From assembly GCA_965277715.1 (NCBI GenBank), contig OZ255836.1:3936001-4000000 (forward strand): 64,000 nt of DNA, in the 5' to 3' direction. The DNA is from Gammaproteobacteria bacterium. GTDB lineage: Bacteria; Pseudomonadota; Gammaproteobacteria; JBCCGL01. Shown here piece after piece: positions 30,076 through 38,584 of this stretch (positions are counted from its first letter, which is position 1; each line of letters begins with the position of its first letter). Position numbers and translations under genes: made by a program. The notes under the pieces are model-generated. The model did no database searches. It saw nothing but the letters and a program-made list of their open reading frames with translations, and was not told where the DNA came from.

Positions 30076-31029
30076 TTATTCAGAGTCGGGATCAATACCC
30101 GCCTTTTTCAACAAAGCGTATAGCCGCTGTTTTTCTTGAAGTGCGGCTTCTTTCTGCCTACGCTCTTCTTGCTCCTTTTTCAATGCGGCTTCTTTCTGCC
30201 TACGCTCTTCCTGCTCCTTTTTCAATGCGGCTTCTTTCTGTCTACGCTCTTCCTGCTCCTTTTTCAATGCGGCTTCTTTTTGCCTGCGCTCTGATTCTTT
30301 CTGTCTGCGTTCGTCGTTCATCGCCTTAACCGCCTCGCTTAGTGAACGCTGCCGGGACTTTTCCTCCCGAAGAATATTCTGTCGGGCCTGGTAAAGGTGG
30401 TAATCCTGCTCTTTCTCTGAAAATCGTTTCAATATGGCCATCGCCTGCCTCATCTCTTCGGTATCAAGTTCTGTGGGAAGGGCTTCCCACTTGTCTGCAT
30501 CTCTGAAAAAATACATCCATTGGTCTTTTGCTTCAAGGTTGTGGTGCCGTCGCCACTTTTCCAGTTCCAGTACATGGATAGCGCAGTGGGGTGAAAGCAC
30601 ACGCTGCTGTTCAAGATCCGCCATTTGAAAGTGGTGGTGATAGCAGTCACTGTCATTGAATAAATTTTCACCCAATAGCCAGATGGATATCGAGGGTTGC
30701 AGTTTGTGATAGTCCTGCCCACTTTGAATCTGCGCACCGTAAATATCACTCCAACAATACAGCATCCGCTCCGGTAGATAGGGGAATATATTTAATTGCA
30801 GCTCTACCTGATAGGTGTTATTGGTCGCATCACGGGCTTTTATATCGACTATGGTGAGTTTGTCTGAAAGGTATTCCTTTTCGTTGTAAGGGTTGAGAAT
30901 TTCAACGTCTGTGATGGGATTCTCAGGAGTGAGTACGCCATTGAGAAAGTGAATCAGCAACGGGATATTTTCCGGTGCGCCCAGGATGGCTTTAAAGACA
31001 CAATCAATTTTTGGATCAATGAGGGGCAT
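30076..31029 (-). CDS. Rpn-family nuclease, copy 3 (317 aa; 3.5 tail repeats)
   Basis: Same motifs with a few substitutions; extra heptad RRQKESE. Confidence 0.9.
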   Translation of the reverse strand: MPLIDPKIDCVFKAILGAPENIPLLIHFLNGVLTPENPITDVEILNPYNEKEYLSDKLTIVDIKARDATNNTYQVELQLNIFPYLPERMLYCWSDIYGAQIQSGQDYHKLQPSISIWLLGENLFNDSDCYHHHFQMADLEQQRVLSPHCAIHVLELEKWRRHHNLEAKDQWMYFFRDADKWEALPTELDTEEMRQAMAILKRFSEKEQDYHLYQARQNILREEKSRQRSLSEAVKAMNDERRQKESERRQKEAALKKEQEERRQKEAALKKEQEERRQKEAALKKEQEERRQKEAALQEKQRLYALLKKAGIDPDSE

Positions 31030-31067
31030 GGTGTGTTTGTTGGCGGCGCTATAGTCGGTTTAATGAC

Positions 31068-32084
31068 TTATTCAGAGTCGGGATCAATACCCGCCTTTTT
31101 CAACAAAGCGTATAGCCGCTCTTTTTCTTGAAGTGCGGTTTCTTTTTGCCTGTGCGCCTCCTGTTCGTTTTTTAGCGCGGCTTCTTTTTGCCTACGCTCT
31201 TCCTGCTCCTTTTTCAATGCGGCTTCTTTCTGCCTACGCTCTTCCTGCTCCTTTTTCAATGCGGCTTCTTTTTGCCTGTGCGCTTCCTGCTCCTTTTTCA
31301 ATGCGGCTTCTTTTTGCCTGTGCGCTTCCTGCTCCTTTTTCAATGCGGCTTCTTTTTGCCTGCGTTCGTCGTTCATCGCCTTAACCGCCTCGCTTAGTGA
31401 ACGCTGCCGGGACTTTTCCTCCCGAAGAATGTTCTGACGGGCCTGGTAAAGGTGGTAATCCTGCTCTTTCTCTGAAAATCGTTTCAATATGGCCATCGCC
31501 TGCCTCATTTCTTCGGTATCAAGGTCTGCGGGAAGCGCTTCCCACTTGTCTGCATCTCTGAAAAAATACATCCATTGGTCTTTCGCTTCAAGGTTATGGT
31601 GCCGTCGCCACTTTTCCAGTTCCAGTACATGGATAGCGCAGTGGGGTGAAAGCACACGCTGCTGTTCAAGGTCTGCCATTTGAAAGTGATGGTGATAACA
31701 GTCACTGTCCCTGAATAGATTTTCACCCAATAGCCAGATGGATATCGAGGGTTGCAGCTTGTGATAGTCCTGCCCACTCTGGATCTGCGCACCGTAAATA
31801 TCACTCCAACAATACAGCATTCGCTCCGGTAGATAGGGGAATATATTTAATTGTAGCTCCACTTGGTAGGTGTTATTGGCCGCATCACGGGCTTTTATAT
31901 CGACTATGGTGAGTTTGTCTGAAAGGTATTCCTTTTCGTTGTAGGGGTTGAGAATTTCAACGTCTGTGATTGGACTCTCAGGGGTGAGTACACCGTTGAG
32001 AAAGTGAATCAGCAACGGGATATTTTCCGGTGCACCCAGGATGGCTTTAAAGACACAATCAATTTTTGGATCAATGAGGGGCAT
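31068..32084 (-). CDS. Rpn-family nuclease, copy 4 (338 aa; 5 tail repeats)
   Basis: Start taken at MPLIDPK, as in the other copies. Confidence 0.9.
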   Translation of the reverse strand: MPLIDPKIDCVFKAILGAPENIPLLIHFLNGVLTPESPITDVEILNPYNEKEYLSDKLTIVDIKARDAANNTYQVELQLNIFPYLPERMLYCWSDIYGAQIQSGQDYHKLQPSISIWLLGENLFRDSDCYHHHFQMADLEQQRVLSPHCAIHVLELEKWRRHHNLEAKDQWMYFFRDADKWEALPADLDTEEMRQAMAILKRFSEKEQDYHLYQARQNILREEKSRQRSLSEAVKAMNDERRQKEAALKKEQEAHRQKEAALKKEQEAHRQKEAALKKEQEERRQKEAALKKEQEERRQKEAALKNEQEAHRQKETALQEKERLYALLKKAGIDPDSE

Positions 32085-32157
32085 GGTGTGTTTGTTGGCG
32101 ACACTGCATAGCGATAACAAACGCCAGTCTACCATCTTCGTATAGGTAAACCATCAT

Positions 32158-32320
32158 CCTAGAAAACGCAGTTGAGCGCGAAAAAGCTGTGCAAGGCATT
32201 GGTGTGCATGGGAACGTTTAAAAATGCGTGGTCACCTTATTGGTGATGAGCAATTTTTACACTTTTCCAGGTGCGCCAAGGGCTTGTGCAGACTTTCGTG
32301 AGGCAACGATGTTTTCTAGG
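32158..32320. mobile_element. 163-bp MITE (family C) with terminal inverted repeats and 5-bp target-site duplication
   Basis: Ends CCTAGAAAAC/GTTTTCTAGG flanked by ATCAT on both sides. The paralogous region at ~35256-35270 has the empty site AAACC-ATCAT-GCACC. Confidence 0.9.
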
Positions 32321-32346
32321 ATCATGCACCTTCGTGGAGAATAACG

Positions 32347-32430
32347 TGTGAACCGGGAGACCCCTACCCACAACAGCTTGTGATTGAATGTGGAGGTTCT
32401 GCGCTCTCTTGATATAACCGCATGAGCCAA
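32347..32430 (+). pseudogene. Fused relics of the EthD-like gene and the pcaH 3' end
   Basis: 32347-32402 resembles 23965-24020, and TTGATATAACCGCATGAGCCAAGCAGTA resembles the end of pcaH (~25429-25456). Confidence 0.75.
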
Positions 32431-32447
32431 GCAGTAGGCTGTCGCCG

Positions 32448-32952
32448 TTAAGTGTGTTGCCCAATAAACCTCAGCACGAGGTTATTGCAGACTTTGGGCT
32501 GCTCCCAAAATACTGCATGGCCTGCCTCGGGCACGGCAGTGAGCTGGCAATCCGGGATCGGTTTGGCCAATAACTGCATTAATGCGGGTGGGGAGAGCAG
32601 ATCGGCTTCTCCGGCAATCATAAGTACAGGTATACGCAGGGTTGCCAGCCATGCATAATCCATTGCTTGGCGTAGCGGTTGGTGTAGGTCGATGGCTTCT
32701 GGTCTACGACTGGTGTGCTCAATTTCCAGCCAGCGGCGCCCCCCTTCAGGGTTGAACCCACGGTATGCCGGGCTAATTTCACGCAACTCGGCGGGTAGTG
32801 CCTGCATGGCAGCAGGCCATATTCGTTGTTGTATATTTACATAAGCCTTATCTTTAACGCCACCCAGTGTACAGGCAGCTACCAGGCTAATTATCTGGGC
32901 AGGGTAGGTTGTTGATGCATAGTCCAGCGCAACGATAGCGCCTGCCGCTATT
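32448..32952 (-). pseudogene. 5'-truncated duplicate of the alpha/beta hydrolase
   Basis: Near-identical to 25606-26107. The 5' part is deleted, with the junction jumping to sequence equivalent to 26676. Confidence 0.9.
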
Positions 32953-32984
32953 AAGAGTTAACCTCGGTGGGTTATTTTTGTAGG

Positions 32985-34103
32985 TTACCTATATTCCGAT
33001 TTTATTGCCTCAGTGTGCTCGCCCAAAGCGGGTGTTTCACGGGCGATAAAATCGCGCCCAGCATGTTGTGCCGCCGGGCTGACCACACGCTTTACACCCG
33101 AGGGGGTAGGCGTTTCACAGCGCCGTAGCTGGGGGTGCGTGGCCAGACCGCTGACATCGTTCAGATTGCCGTAGGCGATATCAGCCGCGTTGAGTTTTTC
33201 TACTACCTCCGTGTGCGCATAGGCGGCAAATACCGGGCGGATAACCGCGTCCATCGATGTACGGTTTTCCACGCGTTTAATGTTGCTGTCGAAGCGCGCA
33301 TCACTGGCAATGTCTGGGCGTTCCAGCACCTGTTCACATAAACGCTTCCACTCGCGTTCATTTTGAATAGCGATGACAATACTGCGCTGGTCACGGGTTT
33401 CGTAGGCGCCGTAGGGGGCGATAGTGGCGTGGTTGATACCCACCCGCTGCTGGATTTTTCCACTGTAGTCGTAATGCAATAACGGCACGGCCATCAGTTC
33501 GGCAACACTATCAAACAACGATACCTGAACCGTGCACCCCGCGCCGCTGGCTTCGCGCTCAATCAATGCTTCGAGAATAGCGGTGTAAGCGTGGTGGCCA
33601 CAGTTGATATCGCAAATCGAGACACCCACGCGACCGGGGGCGTTCGGTGTGCCACTCACCGACGTGATGCCCGCCTCACACTGCACCAGCAAATCGTAGG
33701 CCTTCATGTGCTGGTAGCTACCGTGCTCGCCATAACCGGAAATATCACAACAGATCAAGCGTGGATAACGTGCGCGCAAATCACTGGAACCGAAGCCAGC
33801 CCGTGCGGCAGCACCGGGGGCGAGATTTTGAATAAACACATCGGCACTGCGCAAAATGCGGTGCAACAGCGCGGTGTCCTGATCGTCTTTAATATTGACC
33901 ACCAGGGATTCTTTACCGCGATTCAACCACACAAAATAAGCGCTTTCACCGTCGACGACAGCATCGTAATTGCGGGCAAAATCACCCTCACTGCGCTCAA
34001 TTTTGATCACCCGTGCACCGGCATCGGCGAGACGGCAGGAGCAGTAGGGCGCAGCGACTGCCTGCTCCAGCGTAACCACGAGGGTATCTTTTAAATTCAA
34101 CAT
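32985..34103 (-). CDS. CaiB/BaiF family III CoA-transferase
   Basis: EQAVAAPY, LADAGARVIKIE, LNRGKES, ISGYG, KAYD and TPALGEHT. Confidence 0.93.
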   Translation of the reverse strand: MLNLKDTLVVTLEQAVAAPYCSCRLADAGARVIKIERSEGDFARNYDAVVDGESAYFVWLNRGKESLVVNIKDDQDTALLHRILRSADVFIQNLAPGAAARAGFGSSDLRARYPRLICCDISGYGEHGSYQHMKAYDLLVQCEAGITSVSGTPNAPGRVGVSICDINCGHHAYTAILEALIEREASGAGCTVQVSLFDSVAELMAVPLLHYDYSGKIQQRVGINHATIAPYGAYETRDQRSIVIAIQNEREWKRLCEQVLERPDIASDARFDSNIKRVENRTSMDAVIRPVFAAYAHTEVVEKLNAADIAYGNLNDVSGLATHPQLRRCETPTPSGVKRVVSPAAQHAGRDFIARETPALGEHTEAIKSEYR

Positions 34104-34135
34104 GGATTATTGCTACGGTGGATCACATCAAACAA

Positions 34136-34177
34136 TTAAAACGACTTGGGTAACCCCAGTACATGTGTGGCGACATT
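34136..34177 (-). pseudogene. Last 42 bp of a deleted acyl-CoA dehydrogenase duplicate
   Basis: Matches 27006-27047, then jumps to the rpn downstream flank. Confidence 0.8.
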
Positions 34178-34195
34178 CGACGTCGGTTTAATGGC

Positions 34196-35191
34196 TTATT
34201 CAGAGTCGGGGTCAATGCCCGCCTTTTTCAGTAAGGCACGTAACCGCGTCTTTTCCTGAAACGCCGCCTCTTTCTGTCTGTGCGCTTCCTGTTCGTTTTT
34301 TAGTGCGGCTTCTTTTTGCCTATGTGCCTCCTGTTCGTTTTTTAGTGCGGCTTCTTTTTGCCTATGTGCCTCCTGTTCGTTTTTTAGCGCGGCTTCTTTT
34401 TGCCTGTGCGCTTCCTGTTCTTTTTTGAGGGCTTCCTGTTCCTTTTTTAACGCGACTTCTTTCTGCCTGCGTTCGTCGTTCATCGCCTTAACCGCCTCGC
34501 TTAGTGAACGCTGCCGGGACTTTTCCTCCCGAAGAATGTTCTGACGGGCCTGGTAAAGGTGGTAATCCTGCTCTTTCTCTGAAAATCGTTTCAATATGGC
34601 CATCGCCTGCCTCATTTCTTCGGTATCAAGGTCTGCGGGAAGCGCTTCCCACTTGTCTGCATCTCTGAAAAAATACATCCATTGGTCTTTCGCTTCAAGG
34701 TTGTGGTGCCGTCGCCACTTTTCCAGTTCCAGTACATGGATAGCGCAGTGGGGTGAAAGTACTCGCTGCTGCTCAAGATCCGCCATTTGAAAGCGGTGGT
34801 GATAACAGTCACTGTCCCTGAATAGATTTTCACCCAATAGCCAGATGGATATCGAGGGTTGCAGCTTGTGATAGTCCTGCCCACTTTGAATCTGTGCACC
34901 GTAAATATCACTCCAACAATACAGCATTCGCTCCGGTAGATAGGGGAATATATTTAATTGTAGCTCCACCTGGTAGGTGTTATTGGCCGCATCACGGGCT
35001 TTTATATCGACTATGGTGAGTTTGTCTGAAAGGTATTCCTTTTCGTTGTAGGGGTTGAGAATTTCAACGTCTGTGATTGGACTCTCAGGGGTGAGTACAC
35101 CATTGAGAAAGTGAATCAGCAACGGGATATTTTCCGGTGCGCCCAGGATGGCTTTAAAGACACAATCAATTTTTGGATCAATGAGGGGCAT
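34196..35191 (-). CDS. Rpn-family nuclease, copy 5 (331 aa; 4.5 tail repeats)
   Basis: Same nuclease domain; tail of HRQKEAALKNEQEA units plus an extra heptad LKKEQEA. Confidence 0.9.
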   Translation of the reverse strand: MPLIDPKIDCVFKAILGAPENIPLLIHFLNGVLTPESPITDVEILNPYNEKEYLSDKLTIVDIKARDAANNTYQVELQLNIFPYLPERMLYCWSDIYGAQIQSGQDYHKLQPSISIWLLGENLFRDSDCYHHRFQMADLEQQRVLSPHCAIHVLELEKWRRHHNLEAKDQWMYFFRDADKWEALPADLDTEEMRQAMAILKRFSEKEQDYHLYQARQNILREEKSRQRSLSEAVKAMNDERRQKEVALKKEQEALKKEQEAHRQKEAALKNEQEAHRQKEAALKNEQEAHRQKEAALKNEQEAHRQKEAAFQEKTRLRALLKKAGIDPDSE

Positions 35192-35406
35192 GGTGTGTTT
35201 GTTGGCGACACTGCATAGCGATAACAAACGCCAGTCTACCACCTTCGTATAGGTAAACCATCATGCACCCGCATGGAGAATAATGTATTGCACAGTAAAT
35301 TTTTAGTGGCTTTCAAATAACCGTTGTCTATTTCTTGGGTTCTCGCTGCTTAATATTGTAAATTATTGAAAGTTATTAATGCTATTAAACTTGGATGGGT
35401 ATATCG

Positions 35407-35799
35407 ATGAGTAAAAAGCAGGTAATCGGCGGGCCACTGGTCATCAATGGTCGGCAGTTGTCGCTGTCGCGGGCGATCCGGGCGGGTGATTTTGTTTTCC
35501 TTACCGGGCAGGTGCCGATGCGCGATGGCGTGCCGATGACCGATGGCAGTATCGAAGATCAGACACGCGCCTGTATCGAACACATTCAGTCGGTTTTGGC
35601 TGAGGCAGGCTGCACGTTAAGTGATGTGGTGAAGTCGATGGTCTGGTTGAAAAACCGCGAGGACTTTCCCGGCTTTAATCGGGTTTACGCCGAGTATTTC
35701 CCGGAAGACCCACCGACGCGCTCGGCGCTGGTCAGCGATTTTCTAATCGATGTCCTGGTCGAAATTGAGTGCGTTGCCTATAAACCCATTGCGTCGTGA
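35407..35799 (+). CDS. RidA/YjgF family protein
   Basis: FVFLTGQV, DVVKS, FNRVYAEYF, PPTRS and VEIECVA. Confidence 0.9.
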   Translation: MSKKQVIGGPLVINGRQLSLSRAIRAGDFVFLTGQVPMRDGVPMTDGSIEDQTRACIEHIQSVLAEAGCTLSDVVKSMVWLKNREDFPGFNRVYAEYFPEDPPTRSALVSDFLIDVLVEIECVAYKPIAS

Positions 35800-35937
35800 T
35801 GCGCCGTTTTTGCGGTTGAAAAACCAACGTCGAAAAATGTGTAATCCAGGCGAAAATGGCGTAACTGGTTTCTAGGGTATAGGAAAAACTGCTGCCCACC
35901 AACATCGCATCTATCGTATCCTGCCGGGAGAAAAACA

Positions 35938-36822
35938 ATGAATAACGACGTAATTATTACCTGCGCGGTTACCGGCGCTGCCGATACCGTTTCCAAAAGC
36001 CCGCATGTGCCCGTGACACCGGAGCAGGTCGCCAATGCGGCGATTGAAGCGGCAAAGGCCGGTGCAGCTATCGCCCATATCCATGTGCGTGACCCGGAAA
36101 CTGGGCAGGGCTCGCGTGATCCGGCGCTGTTCAAAGAGGTGGTTGACCGTATTCGTGACAGCGGCACAGACGTGGTATTAAACCTCACCGCTGGTATGGG
36201 AGGCGACTGGGTGCCAGACCCTGCCAACCCTCATAACGGCGGCCCCGGCACCGATATGATCGGCCCTGAAGAGCGCCTCGCCCATGTGCTTGAATGCCTG
36301 CCGGAAATATGCAGCCTCGACTGCGGTTCGATGAATTTTGACGACACCACCTATGTCTACCTCAGCCCACCCGCCTACCTGCGCAAGATGGCTGAAATGG
36401 CCAAAGACGTAGGGGTTAAGCCTGAGCTGGAAGTTTTTGAAATGGGGCATTTGCGCTTTGCACAGGCGATGGTTGATGAGGGACTGATTGCCGGTAACCC
36501 AATGTTTCAGATTTGCCTGGGTTTAACCTGGGGCGCGCCCGCCGATACCGCCTCAATGAAGGCAATGGCCGATATGCTGCCCGCTAACGCCCACTGGTCA
36601 GCCTTTGGTATTGGCCGTCTGCAAATGCCGATGATGGCACAATCGGTCATATTGGGCGGCAATGTACGCGTGGGCCTGGAAGACAATATCTACCTAGACC
36701 GTGGCGTGAAAGCCACCAATGGCGATTTGGTTAAACGTGCGGTGGAGATTGTTGAGCGTTTGGGGGCGCGTGTATTAGCCCCGCAGGAGGCGCGTAGCCG
36801 CCTGGGCTTACGGGGCGGTTAA
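35938..36822 (+). CDS. BKACE family beta-keto acid cleavage enzyme (Kce/CdhC-like)
   Basis: [22 protein letters not shown] and [11 protein letters not shown]. Confidence 0.9.
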   Translation: MNNDVIITCAVTGAADTVSKSPHVPVTPEQVANAAIEAAKAGAAIAHIHVRDPETGQGSRDPALFKEVVDRIRDSGTDVVLNLTAGMGGDWVPDPANPHNGGPGTDMIGPEERLAHVLECLPEICSLDCGSMNFDDTTYVYLSPPAYLRKMAEMAKDVGVKPELEVFEMGHLRFAQAMVDEGLIAGNPMFQICLGLTWGAPADTASMKAMADMLPANAHWSAFGIGRLQMPMMAQSVILGGNVRVGLEDNIYLDRGVKATNGDLVKRAVEIVERLGARVLAPQEARSRLGLRGG

Positions 36823-37119
36823 GCTTTTCTTCTTCCTGCCCTCAGCGGCACGCTGTCTTCTCACTTCCTTGGGGTCAGCGATCAATGGTCGGTAAATTTC
36901 CACACGGTCACCTGCTTTTAATGGGGTGCCGTGAGGAGTCAGCTTGCTAAAGATACCCAAGTCACACTGTGGCAGCGCAATATCGGGGAATTCACCCAAT
37001 ATCCCTGAGTGCAGCACGGCTTGTTCGGCGGTTGTGCCGGGGGCGACTTGCAGGGCGATAATCCGTTGTTTATCCGGGCGGGCGTAGGCAACTTCTACGT
37101 TGATAGGGGTATCTGACAT
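36808..37119 (-). CDS. rnfH: RnfH/RatB ubiquitin-like protein
   Basis: VEVAYA, GIFSK and [22 protein letters not shown]. Confidence 0.92.
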   Translation of the reverse strand: MSDTPINVEVAYARPDKQRIIALQVAPGTTAEQAVLHSGILGEFPDIALPQCDLGIFSKLTPHGTPLKAGDRVEIYRPLIADPKEVRRQRAAEGRKKKSLTAP

Positions 37120-37288
37120 GCGGATGATCTGGCCGGTAATGAGTCTGCCTCGTTATAAGCCAAGTTGTACGCGGCGGCAACTGGGGCACTGCAAATAATA
37201 TCCACCAATCCCCCTATCAACAAATTGAATAATATCGACCCGTCAATTTATGCTATGTTGCCGCCCAAAATAAACACAAGGGGCGGTT

Positions 37289-38581
37289 ATGACTGAGGTC
37301 ATCGCGACCAATGAAACAGTGCTGGTGGTTGGGGCAGGTGTCAGCGGAATTACCGCAGCGCTTGACGTGGCTGAGCTGGGCAAAAAAGTTATTCTGCTGG
37401 AAAAACGCCCCTTTGTCGGTGGCCGGATTACCCAGTTGTATAAATACTTTCCCAAGCTGTGTTTTCCCACCTGTGGCCAGGAAATCAACCAACGCCGTAT
37501 CAAAGCCAATAAGAACCTTACGGTGCTGACAATGGCAGAGGTCACCCAGGTGGCTGGAGAAGAGGGTAACTACCAGGTCTCTATCACCATCAAACCGCGC
37601 TATATCAATGAAAACTGCACGGCCTGCGGTGATTGTGCCAAGGCCGTAGAAGCCACCTTTGACAATGACTTTAACTACGGGCTGGGCGGCACCGAAGGCG
37701 GCAAGCGCAAAGGGGCTTATCTGCCCTATAACCTCGCCTACCCACAGCGCTATGTCATTGACCCACTGATGATCGGCACCGAGGAGGCGAATAAAGCCAA
37801 GGCGGCCTGTAAAGTCGATGCTGTCGATCTGGACATGCAGGCGCAAACACTCGACCTGAACGTGGCGGCGATTATCTGGGCCACCGGCTGGCAACCTTAC
37901 GATGCCGCGAAAATCCAGCCCTACGGGTATGACCGCTACGCCAACGTGATCACCAGCGTGGAATTCGAGCGCATGATGGACCCCTTCGGCCCAACCGATG
38001 GCAAGCTGTTGCGCCCCTCGGACGGCAGCGAGGCAAAAAATGTGGCGTTTATTCAGTGCGCCGGTTCGCGTGATGAAAACCATTTGAAACACTGCTCGCG
38101 CATCTGTTGCATGGCCTCCTTGAAGCAGAGCACCTACCTCGGTGAAAAATTTGGCGATGAAGGTAAAGCGACAATTTACTACATCGACATTCGCGCCATC
38201 GACCGCTTTGAAGGCTTTTACAAACAGGTACAGGCGGATAAAAACACCACCTTTATCAAATCCAAAGTGGCCAATATCACGGAAGATGAAAACGCCAACC
38301 CGGTATTGCACGGCGTCGATACCGAAGGCTATCACCGCTATGCCACAGCGCATGATCTAGTCGTACTGGCCGTGGGCATGCAACCCAGTGGTGGCAATTT
38401 GCCCGGTGAGGTGCGCGTTAACCAACACGGCTACATCGAACAGGACGTGAACAACGGCGGTATTTTTGCCGCAGGCTGTGCAGCCGATGCACTGGATGTT
38501 AACCGTGCGGTGCAATCGGCATCCGCCGCCGCCCTGCGGGCTATCCAGGTGGTCAACCGCGCCGCCTCTGTGGAGAACTAG
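37289..38581 (+). CDS. qmoA: QmoA (HdrA-like flavoprotein)
   Basis: GAGVSG, YKYFPKLCFPTCG, QCAGSRD and CSRICCMASLKQ; 430 aa. Confidence 0.88.
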   Translation: MTEVIATNETVLVVGAGVSGITAALDVAELGKKVILLEKRPFVGGRITQLYKYFPKLCFPTCGQEINQRRIKANKNLTVLTMAEVTQVAGEEGNYQVSITIKPRYINENCTACGDCAKAVEATFDNDFNYGLGGTEGGKRKGAYLPYNLAYPQRYVIDPLMIGTEEANKAKAACKVDAVDLDMQAQTLDLNVAAIIWATGWQPYDAAKIQPYGYDRYANVITSVEFERMMDPFGPTDGKLLRPSDGSEAKNVAFIQCAGSRDENHLKHCSRICCMASLKQSTYLGEKFGDEGKATIYYIDIRAIDRFEGFYKQVQADKNTTFIKSKVANITEDENANPVLHGVDTEGYHRYATAHDLVVLAVGMQPSGGNLPGEVRVNQHGYIEQDVNNGGIFAAGCAADALDVNRAVQSASAAALRAIQVVNRAASVEN

Positions 38582-38584
38582 ACA

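Noticed and set aside
29123-31397. 42-bp repeats and repetitive + strand ORFs (FFLPTLFLLLFQCG, MRLLSAYALPAPFS) as CRISPR or separate genes
   Set aside because: They are the antisense reading of the rpn coiled-coil coding repeats.
28176-35191. Diversity-generating retroelement or integron explanation for the rpn array
   Set aside because: No reverse transcriptase or integrase in the window, differences are not adenine-specific, and the 38-bp spacer shows no attC-like structure.
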